In this document: in pieces, positions 23,341-37,247 of the stretch
Layout of the letters: every line of letters begins with the position of its first letter
How positions within the stretch are numbered: the first letter of the stretch is position 1
Origin: Strigamia acuminata
Taxonomy: Eukaryota
Reading direction: 5' to 3'
Assembly (NCBI GenBank): GCA_949358305.1
Contig: OX442314.1
Span: forward strand, 21,824,001-21,888,000
Length of the DNA stretch: 64,000 bases
Program-made: the position numbers and the translations under genes
Notes under the pieces: generated by a model
Databases searched by the model: none
What the model saw: only the letters and a program-made list of their open reading frames with translations
What the model was told of the DNA's origin: nothing

Positions 23341-26114
23341 ATGAACGCGAAATCAGAGACCGATTTGGAGGGTGAGAATCGCCAGACGAGACATTTTTCA
23401 GGTAAATTTAACACTGCGAAAGTAAAATCAATAATCTATTGAATGACAATTTCAAACTACATCTAAAAATACAAATTAGGCTTAATTTTAATTGAATTTT
23501 ATTTTTTCAAGTCAGAAAAGATGTAAGCGGTTAGTATAATTCCATTCTATTTCTCGGTTTCTATTCAGTTTGCTTCAAAAAAACTCTAAAAGAATGAAAA
23601 TTTAATGCGATGTTTATTTCTTTATGCCCATCTATTAATTGTTGATCGGTGCCGTGACGTCATAAAAATTGATTTACGTACGTTCCGTGCGTGAATTTCT
23701 GACGTCATTGCGTGCACATTGATTAAAGAACGGCCAAGCTGCACGAGGAAATCAAGATTTCCCATCTAAAATTAGTAATTAATCAACAGAGGAAGTTGAA
23801 TCATTTTATCTAATTAATAAACAAGGAAAAAACAAGCCCGATGAGGAATTTTTTTAATGGGTTTGTTAGCATTTGGTATTCCCGGTTACAATCTACAAAC
23901 ATAAACAAAAGCTTGACATTTCGTTGACATACTTAAAATATATTTTCCATTCCATTTCCGTTTATCATTTATGAGAAATGTGTTTTTGGTTTCTACCCAG
24001 ACGTGGCGGGATCCAACGTTTACACTTCTATCGCTCGGTTTCCACCTTATTCTGTAATATATCTTTACGTTGTAAACCTCTAAACTCTCAAATTGTATTT
24101 GTTTTGAAAACCAAAAACGTTTTCCCAACGTTTTTCTAATTTATTTCCTTTTATAATTTATTTTCTGTATCGTTTTCGTTCATGTGCGCCATATTGTTGC
24201 AATTCTTTGATGCTTGATATAGATGAATCCTACAGCAGTAGTTTGTCTGATTATCACGACTACGAACCGCAACTGGAGTTTGATGATACAGAACTCGAGC
24301 AAACTGTGGGTAAGAAAAGCCAAAATTAACGAAAAATATTGGGAGAATAAAGTTCTGCTTGCCTTTGCATGTGTTTGTAATTTGTAATGGTACTCATAGT
24401 ATGCTAACTAGTGATTACCGATTGTAGATAGAGAAATTGATAATTTACTAACACTCTAACATCGTTTTTACTCAATTTTCAGTGAAATTAACGGTTAATT
24501 TCTTTGTTTTTGTCGTCAGATACCCCAGAAAAGGAGGAAACCACCGAATACTTGGAGTCGCCGATGAGCGATGGCACCATCGAGGAGAATTACGAGGAAG
24601 AGTTGGGTCTTATCGGTGATTTAAGCGATACAGATACGGCAGTTGCTTGTGAAGACATCGAAGAGGAAGAGGATTTTTCAAATATAGCCAAACATGGAAT
24701 TGTTGAAATAGTGGGGGATGATAACTACGGGCGCAACGTAATAGTTATATCAGCCTGTCGGTTACCATCGAATAAGTCACTGAATCACGATGCGTTGTTA
24801 AGGTGATTAGAGACACCTGGTTGTGATAAATTTATTTATTTTATTTATTTTTATGTAGATATTTGATGCACACATTAGATCAATACGTTGAAAATGATTA
24901 CTCGTTAGTATATTTTCACTATGGCCTGAATAGTAAAAATAAGCCGTCGCTTTCGTGGTTGTGGAGAGCGTACAAAGCGTTCGGGCGCAAGTACAAAAAG
25001 AATTTGAAAGCACTTTACCTAGTCCATCCAACGGGTTTCATCAAATTAATCTCGCAACTGTTCAAGCCTGCTATCAGCGTTAAATTCGGGCGCAAGATTA
25101 TGTACGTGAATTATTTGCACGAATTGAAGCAACATTTACATTTCGACCAGTTGTGTACACCCCAACCTGTGATAGAGTATGTTTTTATTTTTTTTTTTAA
25201 ATATTTATTTGGTTTTGGGATTAAATGTGAGTTGACATTTCAGACATGACAAGCAATTGCTGGATAAACTAAACTCGCGGCTTCCACATTCTCAGTCATT
25301 GACGTTCCATGCTCCACTCGACACTCAGCAATTTAAAGTTTCATTGCACTTGTACGTATTTAAAATTTTAAAGTTTATATATTTTTTAATAAATTATTAT
25401 TGTTGTTGTTATTTAGCATTAAAGAACATAATGATGGGAGCCCGCTCGCGCTTGTGATGCAGCAGTGCATCAAATATTTGGATAATCCAGATATATTGGA
25501 AACAGAAGGTCTGTTTCGCCGTTCAGCGAGCACATTGACTGTGAAAACGGTTCAGCAAGCTTTCAACGAGGGTCAGGCGGTTGATTTTGTTGAACTTGGG
25601 GATCCACATATCGCGGCTGTCATTTTGAAAACATTCCTACGTGAATTGACAGAACCGTTGCTCACTTTTGATCTTTTCCCAGATATCATAAGCTTCCAAA
25701 GTATAAAGATTGTTTGGTTTTTTTCATTGTATTTCTGAATTATTATTATTATTATTTTTTTTTTTAGGATTAGACAAATTGGAAAAGTTAGAAGTGGCTC
25801 GTGCATTAATTTTGAAAAGACTACCGGATGATAATTACGTTGTCTTGAAATTTTTGTTGGAGTTTTTAATCAAAGTTAGTTCGGTTTTAAATGTAATCAA
25901 TTTGAATTTGTGTTTATATATTTAAATTTGATTTCCGTTGCAGGTCATAGACCGTAGCGACCTCAATAAAATGACATCATCCAACCTCGCTATAGTGTTT
26001 GGACCGAACCTTATTTGGTCGCAAAATACCCAAGCATCGTTCTCATCAGTTGGAGCCGTTAATCATTTTGCCGAATTTCTTTTGTCGCACTTTGACCAAC
26101 TTTTCACCCTCTGA
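23341..26114 (+). CDS. ARHGAP1: Rho GTPase-activating protein with BCH/Sec14 and RhoGAP domains (ARHGAP1/p50RhoGAP, RhoGAP68F-like)
   Basis: Exons about 23341-23371, 24223-24309, 24520-24802, 24860-25176, 25224-25351, 25417-25700, 25768-25874, 25944-26114. Motifs: [22 protein letters not shown] domain [19 protein letters not shown]...[18 protein letters not shown] arginine finger [23 protein letters not shown]. The first exon is less certain. Confidence 0.95.
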
Positions 26115-26772
26115 AAAATATATTTTAGATGAAAATGTGTAAATAGTGTACAAGATAAATTGAATATCGTTTTATAGCAATTAGTTTATCACAAATTATA
26201 TCAGAAAATTGTAATTTATAAGATGAAATACCGAAAATTTTCATAGAAACTAAACCAAACTCTTGATATTTTATTCTATTACTAGATAAAAACATGGGTT
26301 CGTTTAACTCATTTTGCACAATTTAATAGGATAAATTAAAACCGTTTGGTTTTGCATTGTTTTCTACATGTGAATATTGTCAAGGCCTAACTATTATATC
26401 GCAACATTAGTTTAAATATGAACGATAATGCATCAAAACATGTAGAAAATTATGAGCAAGGCTGTCTCGTCATTTTCAATTGATACGTTTAGTTGTCAAT
26501 TAATTAAATATATTTTTATTTTATTATTATTAACACAAAGTAGCACTTCTGTGTACATTATATTATGTTGAATGAAAATTATTTATATTATTTTATGTAT
26601 CTGGTCACACTTACAGAGCAATACGTCTCGATAACAACTCTAACCAAATATATTGTATATATCATTTACTGAGTAATAACTCGTTAATCGATTGAAACCG
26701 TAAATAAATGGGAGTTCCTTTATTTTAAGTATTTTTTAAATGAATCGTACTATATTTATATTCCAAGTTATT

Positions 26773-27290
26773 TTATTTCTCAATATCACTTTCTTTCAGT
26801 GGCTGAGTTTCAATTTTTCTCCTTTTTGGTGCCACATAATTCCCAAGTCCAGCAGCTATATCTGCGTCTTTTTGAGTGAAGGGTTCCATCTCTAATGCCT
26901 TCAACCTGGAGTAAATAATTATTGAAATCATTATTACGCTTAAAATAATACTTTTAAAAATTAAATTAAATTTCATACCTCCTTTTATGCACTTTTGATC
27001 TGAAATGTGTTTCCATTGAATAATTATCGATGAAGTATCTCCTACAATCCAAAAGTGTTGTTTTTATTGAGTAATTTAATTAGTTTATCAATTACTTACG
27101 CGCAGTGCAAACAGTAAAATTGAGCGCATCCGGGTAAATCGTAATCGACTTCTTGATTAAGCAATTTTTCTGCGCTTACGGGTTTGATGTCTTCGTCGAT
27201 TTCATCAAGATCTTTTGTCTTTCGTTTAGTTTTATACTTCTTACTTAAAGTGTTGTCACCGTGGTGGTATTTCTTCCTTTTATACGGCAT
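26773..27290 (-). CDS. ZNF593: Zinc finger protein 593 (Bud20 homolog)
   Basis: Exons 27290-27100, 27041-26979 and 26905-26773: [13 protein letters not shown]...[54 protein letters not shown]. Confidence 0.96.
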
Positions 27291-27624
27291 CCTTTTTATC
27301 ACGAACTCCAAAACCACGTTGAACTCACGAAATAATCCACCATACTGGATCCGGTCATGTGATCTCAGAACTTGGAACACATCTCTCGGTAATCAATGTC
27401 GTCATCGTTTATCGTATTTGATGTTTGCCTGTAACATTTTAAATTCTTTTTTTAAACTTTTTATTTTTTTGCAATTTCATTAGATTTTTTAAAAAAAATT
27501 TAATAGAGAGAACTTCGTTTTTACTTTCTCGTCTTCTCATCACAAAATGTTCATCGGGTTATTGTATTTTTTTTTAAAATAAAAAAGATTTTTTTGGTTT
27601 TTTAAATTTTCTTTTCTGAATGTT

Positions 27625-27837
27625 GGACAGGAACTGGATTAGTGATGGAATATATGATTCGATCTTAATCCCCTGTCTCGAAATATACTTCGGGTAGCAC
27701 TCATTTCGAAATAGGTTGGATGGTGAGAGGAGTCACTTTTTCCCTGTCTGCGAATTGATTTCGATATAGTCAAAGACTCAAGGTTGTTCCCCGGCCTTGA
27801 CAATGACCGGCTTTTGTAGCCGATGACCCCGGTCCAT
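27625..27837 (+). ncRNA. Candidate structured RNA of unknown class
   Basis: Run of hairpins found by eye, with G-U pairs favouring the + strand and a cUUCGg loop. Not recognised as any known family. Confidence 0.25.
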
Positions 27838-28398
27838 GAATGACGTAATAATATCAAAAGACGGAACTTTGAGAAATTCTATTTGAAGTCATGTGTACGA
27901 TATTTGTTGCAGTTTTTAAACATGCTTGTTTACGGAAGTAAATTTCACACGTCTGGCTAAATTTTGAGATTTTCGTGGCGTCATTCGGTGTATTGGATAA
28001 TATATTGGATAATATACAAAAAAAATTAAAAATTGTTTTTAAAAATTTGAAAATTTATGAAATAAAGACAGGTCGACAAAATAATTTTTTTTTGAAATTT
28101 TGTAACAATACTTTATTACAAAAAATAAAAAAAATAAAAAAAAAATACAAATTTAAAAAAAAGAAGTGGAAAAAAAAATTTAATTTTATTAGTCCTGGGC
28201 CTGGCAGCGATTTCACGTTTTAGAGATACCGCGGTGTTCGGCTGCGAATGAGAAATTTTAAACAATTTAGCTTCGTGACTTTTGTTTATAATTTTTATAT
28301 TTTTATAATGAATAAAATCCTTATCTAATAACCGTGAATAATGTTCACAAATGGCCAAACCTTCAAACCACAAACAGTGAGAAACGAATTACAACAAC

Positions 28399-28755
28399 CG
28401 CCATATTGGCCCAGAGACAATGCTCAATTGTCGACACCCCTCTACAGCGTAATGTCTTTTGCCTCGTTTTACAAGGATAACTTCATCATTTATCAACCAT
28501 CTGTCTTTATTTAACTCTTTTACATGCGATAAATACAATTGGGTTGCATAGTTGGCTCATAATCTACGTGGGAACGATATAAACCCGACTAAAAACCATT
28601 CATACTGTTACACTAAACTCCACAAAGGTGAAAATTTACGCACAATATTGCACCGCAATAGAGGCTAAAAAATGGCGGCATTAAAAATGGCGCTTATGGG
28701 CACAGGTTAGCCTCAATCAGGGCGTCATTGGTTGGATTGGATTGATGGCGGCCGC
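28399..28755 (+). promoter_or_regulatory. ARID2 proximal promoter / 5' region
   Basis: Several YY1-like motifs (AAAATGGCGGC, AAAATGGCGC, GATGGCGGCCG, CCGCCATATT) and reverse CCAAT boxes (ATTGG) upstream of the ATG at 28916. Confidence 0.45.
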
Positions 28756-28915
28756 AATGGTGGCGAGCACCCTTTTCAGGGGATAGTTTGTCAGTGGATT
28801 TCTATTTAAGTCATCTTTATACCACGTTCAGGCGTTACCCAAAGCTTGGTAAAGGATATATCAACACTTTGTGCACACGTGAGATATGTTTTGAGTACGA
28901 TCCAAACAGTGAAAA

Positions 28916-31900
28916 ATGGCCAAATATCAAGCAAAGGACTCGGCGCCCAAACACGCACACCCGACAGACAATGCTTTTCTCACAGAGCTAAGGCAATTTC
29001 ACGAAAGCCGAGGGTAAGTTCAATTATTTTACAACGTGTGTGATTGTTTATTCTTTCGCTTACGCCTCTTTCGATTCGTTCAGATCCCCGTTTCGACGAA
29101 CTCCCAGCCTTAACGGCCGAGCCGTCGATCTGTCGCTGCTGTATCAGCAAGTGACAAGCTTAGGAGGTTGGAGGAAGGTGAGTTTTCCTACACTTTTTTA
29201 CACCAAGATTTTGCTTTTTTACACACTTTTACTGCCTTTTATGCACATTTTGTGCGATTTTTACGTCCTCGCCACTTGTTACGTATTGTTAAATTAGATT
29301 GATTGATTATATAAGGCCTTTTTCTTCTGTATCGAGCGAAATTAGGTTTCAAGTTTGTTTTTAGTTTGCTAAGTTAACTTGTTTACTTTTTTTTTTCTTT
29401 TTTTCTTTTTGTTCGATAAATTTGATTTTGTCAATTGGATCGAGTTTTATTTTGAATTAATTTTTATTTTTATCGTAATTATTTTTTTATTTTGTGAAAA
29501 TTCCGTTTATTTTGAATTTATTTTGAATTTATTTTGAATTTTGTTTTTTTCATATTTTGATGCGAATGGAAATGAGTTAATGGAGATAGAAATTGACTAT
29601 TTTTGGATACAAGAATCAGCGGCAATACCCGATTTTATCTATTTTTAGATAATAAGATATTTTCGATTTTGTTCGCTCGAAAATTTTTCAACCTTTTATT
29701 TCAAAACCCCAAAAAATATCAAACACTTTTATACCCACACCCGCATTTCTAAAAAGAAGAGAAAAAAAAAAAGTCAATAAATTGAATGGCCTAAATTTGC
29801 TTTAAAACAAATTATTTGCACTCCATTGCGTAGAAAATAAGAAAATAAGGAAATAATTGTTTATATTTACCGTATTTACTTAATTGCAACCAAGTGTTGA
29901 TGAAAATAGTACTTAATCCTCTCTAATAGTCACGTTACTAATCCAAATTTATCGTTTTATAGGTAAATGACACTCAGAAATGGGACACGGTTCTACAAAA
30001 AATGAATCTTCCAAGATCTTGTGCCAATGCTGCTCTAGCACTAAAACAATTTTACATTCGGTAAGTTTTCCTTATTAAAAAACAAACAAAAATTTTCTAC
30101 TAGTCAACTCCACGGCCCGATTTAATCAATATCTTAGAAATTGGGGCTTAACTTGTTGCTGCTGTTGATAAACGGAGCAGAAATTGCATTCATCGCTTTG
30201 TTTATTTGTTTTTTTCAACGAATTTTTTCTTCTTCTGCATTTTAATTACATTTCTCAGGGTCATTGAAAGAGATTGCGATTTCGCGGTTTATAATTTAAA
30301 ATTGTGATGAGTTTATTTCAATTTTAAATGAAATCTTTACCTGCTGTACATCAAGTAGGAAATGTCTTTTTTTGTTTAACTTGTTTCTTTCTGTTGAGTT
30401 GATTAGAAGTCTTTCCCTCTTACGTCACCACGTATGTTCCAAGGTCAATGTCCGGGCTTTTGCTGCATTACATGGTAAATAAAAAAGAATGTAAGGGTTG
30501 AGAGGGTTTGTTGATGTTTGCAGCGAGAGAAATTGTTCTTTGTAATTAATTCTTTTCTTGATAACACTAAATGGGAAAAGTGTCGTTTCTATGTTGCAGT
30601 GTTTAAGGTCTTAATTTTTTTTCCCTTCCTTTTATCCTGTGTTATTAACTGGCTTAATGGTGCCAATTTATATTCAATAGTTCGTTCGCAGTTTGAAGGT
30701 AAAAGAAAAAAATATTATTTTTTGTTTTGTTTATTTATTTTTATTTTTTTGGGGAAATTAATTGGAAGTTGTGAAGCTGGTTATTGAATATTCGAGCGTG
30801 TTGTGCGGTGTATTTTATTAGTAAGAGCTTTAGATGATCCGTTTTTGCGTAGAATTGAATCAAGTCTGGGTGTATTTGAGTGTGTCTCTTCCCTCAGTTG
30901 TAATCGGAGCCAACTGGGCTTTTGTTCTGATGAAAAGCGTGCAAAAATGAAGCTGAGAAACGATCAATTTTCAAGCTGAAAAATCATCGTTGTTGCTCTG
31001 CCAGTTGTTGAAAATGGGGAAAGGAATCTCGACTAACATCTGAGGGGTTGGTTTTCAGTTTTCAGGTTTTTTTTTATTTTTTTTTTTATTTTAAAAAAAA
31101 AAATAATATATTTTTAGACAATTTTCAGATGGATTTGGTCAAATGCTCGAATATCGAGCGCGGAAAACTGGATTTGGATAATGGTCGTTAAACTAATGTT
31201 GTATTTTTACCGGAAGTTTGGATTTTTATTATTGGATTTGATCGTGTTTGTGGGATTTTTTTAATTTTATTTTGGTTTTTATTATTTTGTTTTTGTGCGG
31301 CTGATAACGGTTGAGTTTAAACTGGTGGTTAAAAATGTATATTTAAATAGGTGAAATGAAATCCAACATGTCCGCTTTTGTCATGTCGCAAATCTTGTTG
31401 TTGTCGTTGTGCGGTAATCAATAAGTCAGCGGCTCGTCTTGCGGCCTCGATTTGGTTTTGAAAGCGATCATCGTTGATCAAGTGAAATAACGATTTTTCC
31501 CTTTGTTTATTCTCACCTTTTTAAATTCCTACATTTCGAAGGATGAAATCGAACTCGATTATATTATGACGTCGGGAATTACAGCGGGATAAAATTGTTA
31601 GTTTTCAAGCGTGTTTTATCAGTTCAACAGGTTTCTTTATTTTCTTGTTATTATATATAAATAGTTATGATAAGGATTGAAACAAAACACTAAAACGCTT
31701 TGATTTTCACCTGGTGTTTTTTTTATTGAATATTTTAGTTGAAAAATACATTTTACTAATTTTTATTATTATCTTTTGTTTGAATTTTTTAGCAGATTTT
31801 ACTTTAATTTATGAATAAATCATTTCACCTGGGTTATATAAATTCGGAGAATTTTTTGATTTGAAAGGGGGGAAATGTTGAATTTACTATTTTTTTTTTT

Positions 31901-33302
31901 AACTTCCGTAATATTTGGCGACTCATCAGGTTTCACCTCGTAAAAGTAAATAGATTGCTACGATGTTATCATGAATAGAATACTGCCGAGTATTTTCTGT
32001 GCGTTTAATTTGTATTAAATGTTGCTTAAGTTATATAACTGCTATATAGCTCAAGGTATTCGGTATTCACGTTCCCTTGGGAAATTTCTATTTTTTTTTT
32101 CCATTTTTTTCCAATGTTTTTTTTTTTTTTGGATGACAGATTAATTTTCTATGTCTCATAAGAATTTATTTATTTAACAAGAAAAAAGCATTCTATTTCT
32201 ATCCGTTATCAGTTGATTCTCATTTTTACCGCTCGCAATGAACAGCGACGGGTGTTTAGGGAGCACCAAATAGCAAATGATTGAGTTTGGACGAGGAAGC
32301 AGCGGGAATTCGAGTCATTTTATTAGACACAAGAGTTATTCCATCTGCTAAAAACGATCAATGGAGGGGGCAAGATACATTTCATAAAAAGGATGGAAAG
32401 GCAGATTTCTTAATAATAAACTGTGGAAGAAAAAAAAAGATCGTTTTTGAAGAAAAATGTATAATTTAGGAACTTGACAAAAAAAATATTTTTTCTTTCC
32501 ATATTGATTCGCGTTTTGAGTGGAATAGAAATATGGTCGAAATTAAAAGGATTTTGGTTAAATTGGCGCGAAGAACGGTGAAATAGGCGCGAAATTGTTG
32601 TTAAACGTTGTTGTGTGTGTTTGTGGGGAATCCCAATCTAGTAAATGATTAGAGAAGTATAAAAATGGGTCAGTAAAAGAAGAGGGCAATGTCAAGGTTA
32701 GGCTGGTCTACTTTAACTATCTCACACTATTTATTTTTGTTTGGAAATGTTCCAAGAGAATTGCGCCAATTTGGAAAAGCACGGTGAAGTTAATTCGTCA
32801 ATTTGATGTTTATTTGACAGGTATTTGGATCACTACGAGAAGATTCACTTTTTAGGAGAAGATCCAGATGACGATGGAATTGAAAGTTTGGATCATCCCG
32901 CTAGGAGAACGCAATCTTTAGCCAATTTAGTTCCACTCTCATATAATCACCACCAACATGAAGTATCAGGTAAGAAGGGAGACTGTTTTTTGGTTTTCTT
33001 TTCAATTTGTTTTGATTTATATATTTTTTTTTAACAATTCGATTTGTAGAGAATGCAAGGAATCAGTTCGGTTTATCGACTGATTTTTCTTCGGTCAGCG
33101 ACTATGACAAACTTATTTTGTCGCTGCAAAGTGGGTTTCCGAATGAAGTGGATTTTGCACTCAACGTGTGTACCCTTTTGTCGAATGAAGGCCGTCACAC
33201 GCTCAGGTTACAAAAAAATCCTCGTCTCATCGACCTGCTCGTCTCGCATGCCGGAGTGTGGACAGAAAGTAATAAATTCACTCTTTCTCTTATTTATTTT
33301 AT

Positions 33303-33333
<31 letters not shown>

Positions 33334-36300
33334 TTTTTATTTTTTATTTGTGATAGGCAATATGAATCTTAAAAGTTTACTAGAAAAATCGTGGAGTAAT
33401 ATGAAAGGCAGGCAAATGTCGAGGTTTTGGGACGAAATAATCGACGATAAAAAGCTGCGCGAAGTTTACCTGATCGGACAAATAAATGAAGGACCTGAGG
33501 AGGACGAATTATTTGTTGTGGGGCGGAGTTTGGGAGTGCGTGAAATCGAAGGCCAACGTGTTTTGCAGATTGCTACTATTTTGTGGAATTTATCTTTCGA
33601 AGAGGCCAATGCACCGATCATTGCATCTAGTCCATCTTGTTTGAAGTAAAAAAAAAAGAAAAAAATTGGAATAAATTAAACTTTTCCGACTAAAACTCAA
33701 ATAATTACATTTTTTTAAAGGTTTTTATTCCTGTGTGTTCATACTAAGTGGTCCAGTCTTCAGCAATTAGCATTGGAAACTCTCGGAAATATATCATCGG
33801 ACGTAAGAAACGCTTTGATAAAATTGTAAAGGGAATATTAAAACGTTTTATTTGGTTGTAGATCACGCTGGATCCGTTGGACGGTCTCAACACACAAGTG
33901 ATGTTCCACACACTAGCTCACAGTTTGCTTTCCCGAGACCGCTTTCTCGTCATCCGAGCGTTGGAGATCTTAACAGGGTTGTGCAAAGTCGAAGGCAACG
34001 AAGAAACAATCATTAAAAACCTAGAACAGAAGATGTACGAACACATCTGCAGTCTACTTACAATCTACGACATTATGATTTTGATTTACGTATTGGAATG
34101 TTTATACCACATCACCGATCTCGGACCCGACGTGTGCAACAGCATCGTTCGCATTCATCGAGTAGTGGAGGTTCTCATCAACCTGATAACCGTGGAAGCG
34201 CAAGCGTACGGTCCTTCGGCCTGCATCTCGATGAAAGTGATCGAAACGGCGCCGCCCGTGCAGCCTGCAGTGACCGTGCCCATTACTCAAAGACCACAAC
34301 CGGCACCGCCACCCACTCAACGAAGCACGGCGCCGGTGTCGCCGATAGTCGTGCAGGGCTACCAGGAAGCCGACAACGACACGTTTGCGTCGAATTGGCT
34401 GAGGGCTTATTACGAGTGGCATTCGGGTAGTTGTATATCTCAAAACGAGTTGTATGTGAACTATCAAACAACGTGCAACAAGTTAGGCAAAAAAGGTCTT
34501 GTGCCGCCGTCGCAGTTGATCAATCTGTTGAAGTACGTGCGCTTCTTTACCTTCGGTTGTGTGTTTTAATTGATGTAAGGACAATTGATTGTTTTCAGGA
34601 ATTTGTATCCGCAAGTGAAGTCGAGACAAGAGGGGATTAGGAGTGACGTTCAGTTGGAGGGAATTCGCCGGCGAGCCGTCACGCTTCCAGTGTCCATCTA
34701 CATGCCTACACGAAGTCCAGCGCCGAGTGCGACAACCGCGAACCAGCGCAATGCGAAAGGGTTAGTCAGCGGCCTCACTTCAAATAATTCACCGATTCTA
34801 AAAGCACAATTAAGTGCTCCTGCCAGGACCAGCAGCAGCACTGCAAACAGCCATCCACACCTGCAACAAGCGTTACTGGGACGTTCGCAGCCGTCGGCAA
34901 TGAAACCTACTGCCGCAACGCCGCCGTCAACGCCGCAAAGGACGCAGGCGTCGAAGGATTCGTCTACTTTGATCAAAAGTTTACTCGCAAACAAAGTAAT
35001 TTTCCTTTGAATGTTTCTGCGAATTGTTTGTAAATCTTTCTTTTGTTTTGTTTATTAGGTCAGTCAAAACATGCTTCTAAAGCAACAGCAACAATCGTCC
35101 AATGGTTCCACCGGCAGCGAATCTGTACCTCAAGTTGCCGACTCTGACGGCTCGTTGACCGTGAGGACGGCAACGACCGGCGCGTCGGCCACGCGCACGA
35201 CTCTGGTGATTGCGCGCAAAGAGACTAATGCTGCTGGTGGTTTGCGACCCCGGTCCCCCAAGTCGCGCGTGAACGGTGCCGCCCGAAACATCCAGATCGA
35301 CGAAAATCGCATGTTCCAAGTGTGCGCCCAGGTGGAGCACGCGAAGGATTTGACGGAGACGTCCGAGTTCCACGCGGCGCGCATAGAACGACTCGACAAC
35401 CATCTGCGCGACGGGACCAAGAAACGAATCGAAGAGGACGACGACGAGCCCACGTTGGACAAGTTATTGAGGGGCAGTTCGTCGATTCGGTCGTCGGCGG
35501 GGCTGCAGAACGGACTGTCGACTCAGAACGGGAACCGGAGCGAACCGGACTCGCCGCATTTCGTGACGATGGAGGTGAGCCCTCCGATGGGTTTCAACGA
35601 AACGGCGCCCGTACGACGGAAAGGCGTTCTGGCCGATCTATTGGAGGGAAAAGTGCACAAAGACACGCTACTGACTATGAATGGTATTGTGGATAGGAGG
35701 AAAGTTACGGATGCAGGTAAGGAACAGGTGAACAGTGGGAACAGCAGTTTGGTATTCGCAACGAAATCGACAGTGCCACGAACGAACGGCGAAAGCCCCG
35801 CCGTGACCAAGACCGCGGCGGTCGCGGTCGCCATGCCGAAGACGGTTAAAGTCATTCTCCCCGTGGCCGCGGATAAAGGCGGCACGTCGGGGAAGAGCGT
35901 GCTGACCGATTGGAGCGCGCTACCCAGTGCGAGCAAAGTGATCGTGCAGAACAAGTCGAGCGAGTCGGAGGAGTTGATCGGCTTCCCGAGGGTTTCGATG
36001 GAACAGTTGAATCAGTTGCGGCAGCAAGTGAAGACCACGACGACCGTGATCGCCGTGAAAAGGGTCGCGACCGAAATGAGTCAGTCCGGTCACGAGGCTA
36101 AGAGGACTCGAGTGGAGGTAGTTAAGGCGCTGCCTGTGAAAATCGTGTCGTCGGAATCGTCGAGTCCGATCTTAAGTCCGTCTGAAGTTCAACAACAGGT
36201 GTCGGCGGCGCTGCAGGGCTCGTTCACCGATCAGTTGCCGCTTCCCGTGTCGTCGACGGTGGTGGCCGTGGAAACGACGGACGTGAAAGAGTGTGAAAAT

Positions 36301-37247
36301 GTGAAAAACGATGGCAAAGTTGATCCGAGTAAAGTGGTGGCAATTAAATCGGAACCGAAAAAGGACGATGCTAAGGTAGACTTTGTTTGCGAGTGGAAGG
36401 ATTGCTTGAAGTGAGTGCTGATTGGTTAATAAGTGCTTTCTAGTTTAGTTTAATTTAATTTTTTTTTCCTTTTTTCCCTTCAATCTTTAGGTCATTTAAC
36501 TCTCCAATGTCGGTGTTTGTTCATGCGTGTAAAACGCACGTACCTGAGAACGAAGCAACAGTGCCGTGTTTATGGGAAAGTTGTGATCAAATGACGCGGC
36601 AACGGTTAAGTCTAATGACGCATCTACAGGTGAATGTTGTGTCTGGTTTAATGAAGACAGGATGAGTATTGATTTTTGATTGATTTTTTTTAAGGACCGG
36701 CATTGTAACGACAACATGTTGAGGTTACAAGCAACGAGGCGGCAACAGTTGTCTCAGATGGGGTCATCTACGATTCCACCACCAGCTCCACCACCTCCTC
36801 ATCCAGGATACGCTCCTAATGCAGCTGTTCAAGCAATTCGAAGACACGCATTGGAGTTTATGGCGCAGAAAGAGTTGATGGGAGTTGTAAGTGTGAGATT
36901 TTGAGGTTAAATTATTGGAAATTAAAAATTGTTTCGCAGGAGGAGAAAGAAGGTCCGGTCACGAAGAGCATACGATTAACTGCTGCACTCACTCTACGCA
37001 ATCTCGTTACATATTCCGCCCTAGCAAAAAAGTAAGGAATTTAAGTTGGGTTAGAAAATGGAAGATTTTTCTATTAATAAATGTTTCTTTTATTTTTTTA
37101 TTTACGAATTTGTTTTGATTTAGTTTGGTGAAACGATACGAATCAAATTTATCGATAGTTGCAATGAGCAATGTGGAATCTTCACGAACTGTTGCTCAGT
37201 GTTTGTGGGAATTGAACCGACCACAAGACAATAATGCCGTGCGCTGA
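28916..37247 (+). CDS. ARID2: ARID2/BAP170 (PBAF subunit), about 14 exons
   Basis: ARID domain ([45 protein letters not shown]), [24 protein letters not shown], an RFX-like winged helix (WLRAYYE), C-terminal C2H2 fingers and [19 protein letters not shown]. Exons about 28916-29013, 29084-29177, 29963-30060, 32821-32969, 33050-33268, 33357-33645, 33721-33802, 33862-34532, 34599-34995, 35059-36410, 36491-36629, 36695-36886, 36940-37031, 37124-37247. Confidence 0.97.

Noticed and set aside
27639..27857. 72-aa minus-strand ORF, or identity as U3, U4, U6atac, HDV ribozyme or telomerase RNA
   Set aside because: The ORF has no recognisable features. Only short scattered motif resemblances exist, without the required order or a full CCUAA template.
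34098..36101. Many overlapping and antisense ORFs in ARID2's large exons
   Set aside because: Expected by-product of GC-rich codon usage, with no recognisable domains or independent splice signals.
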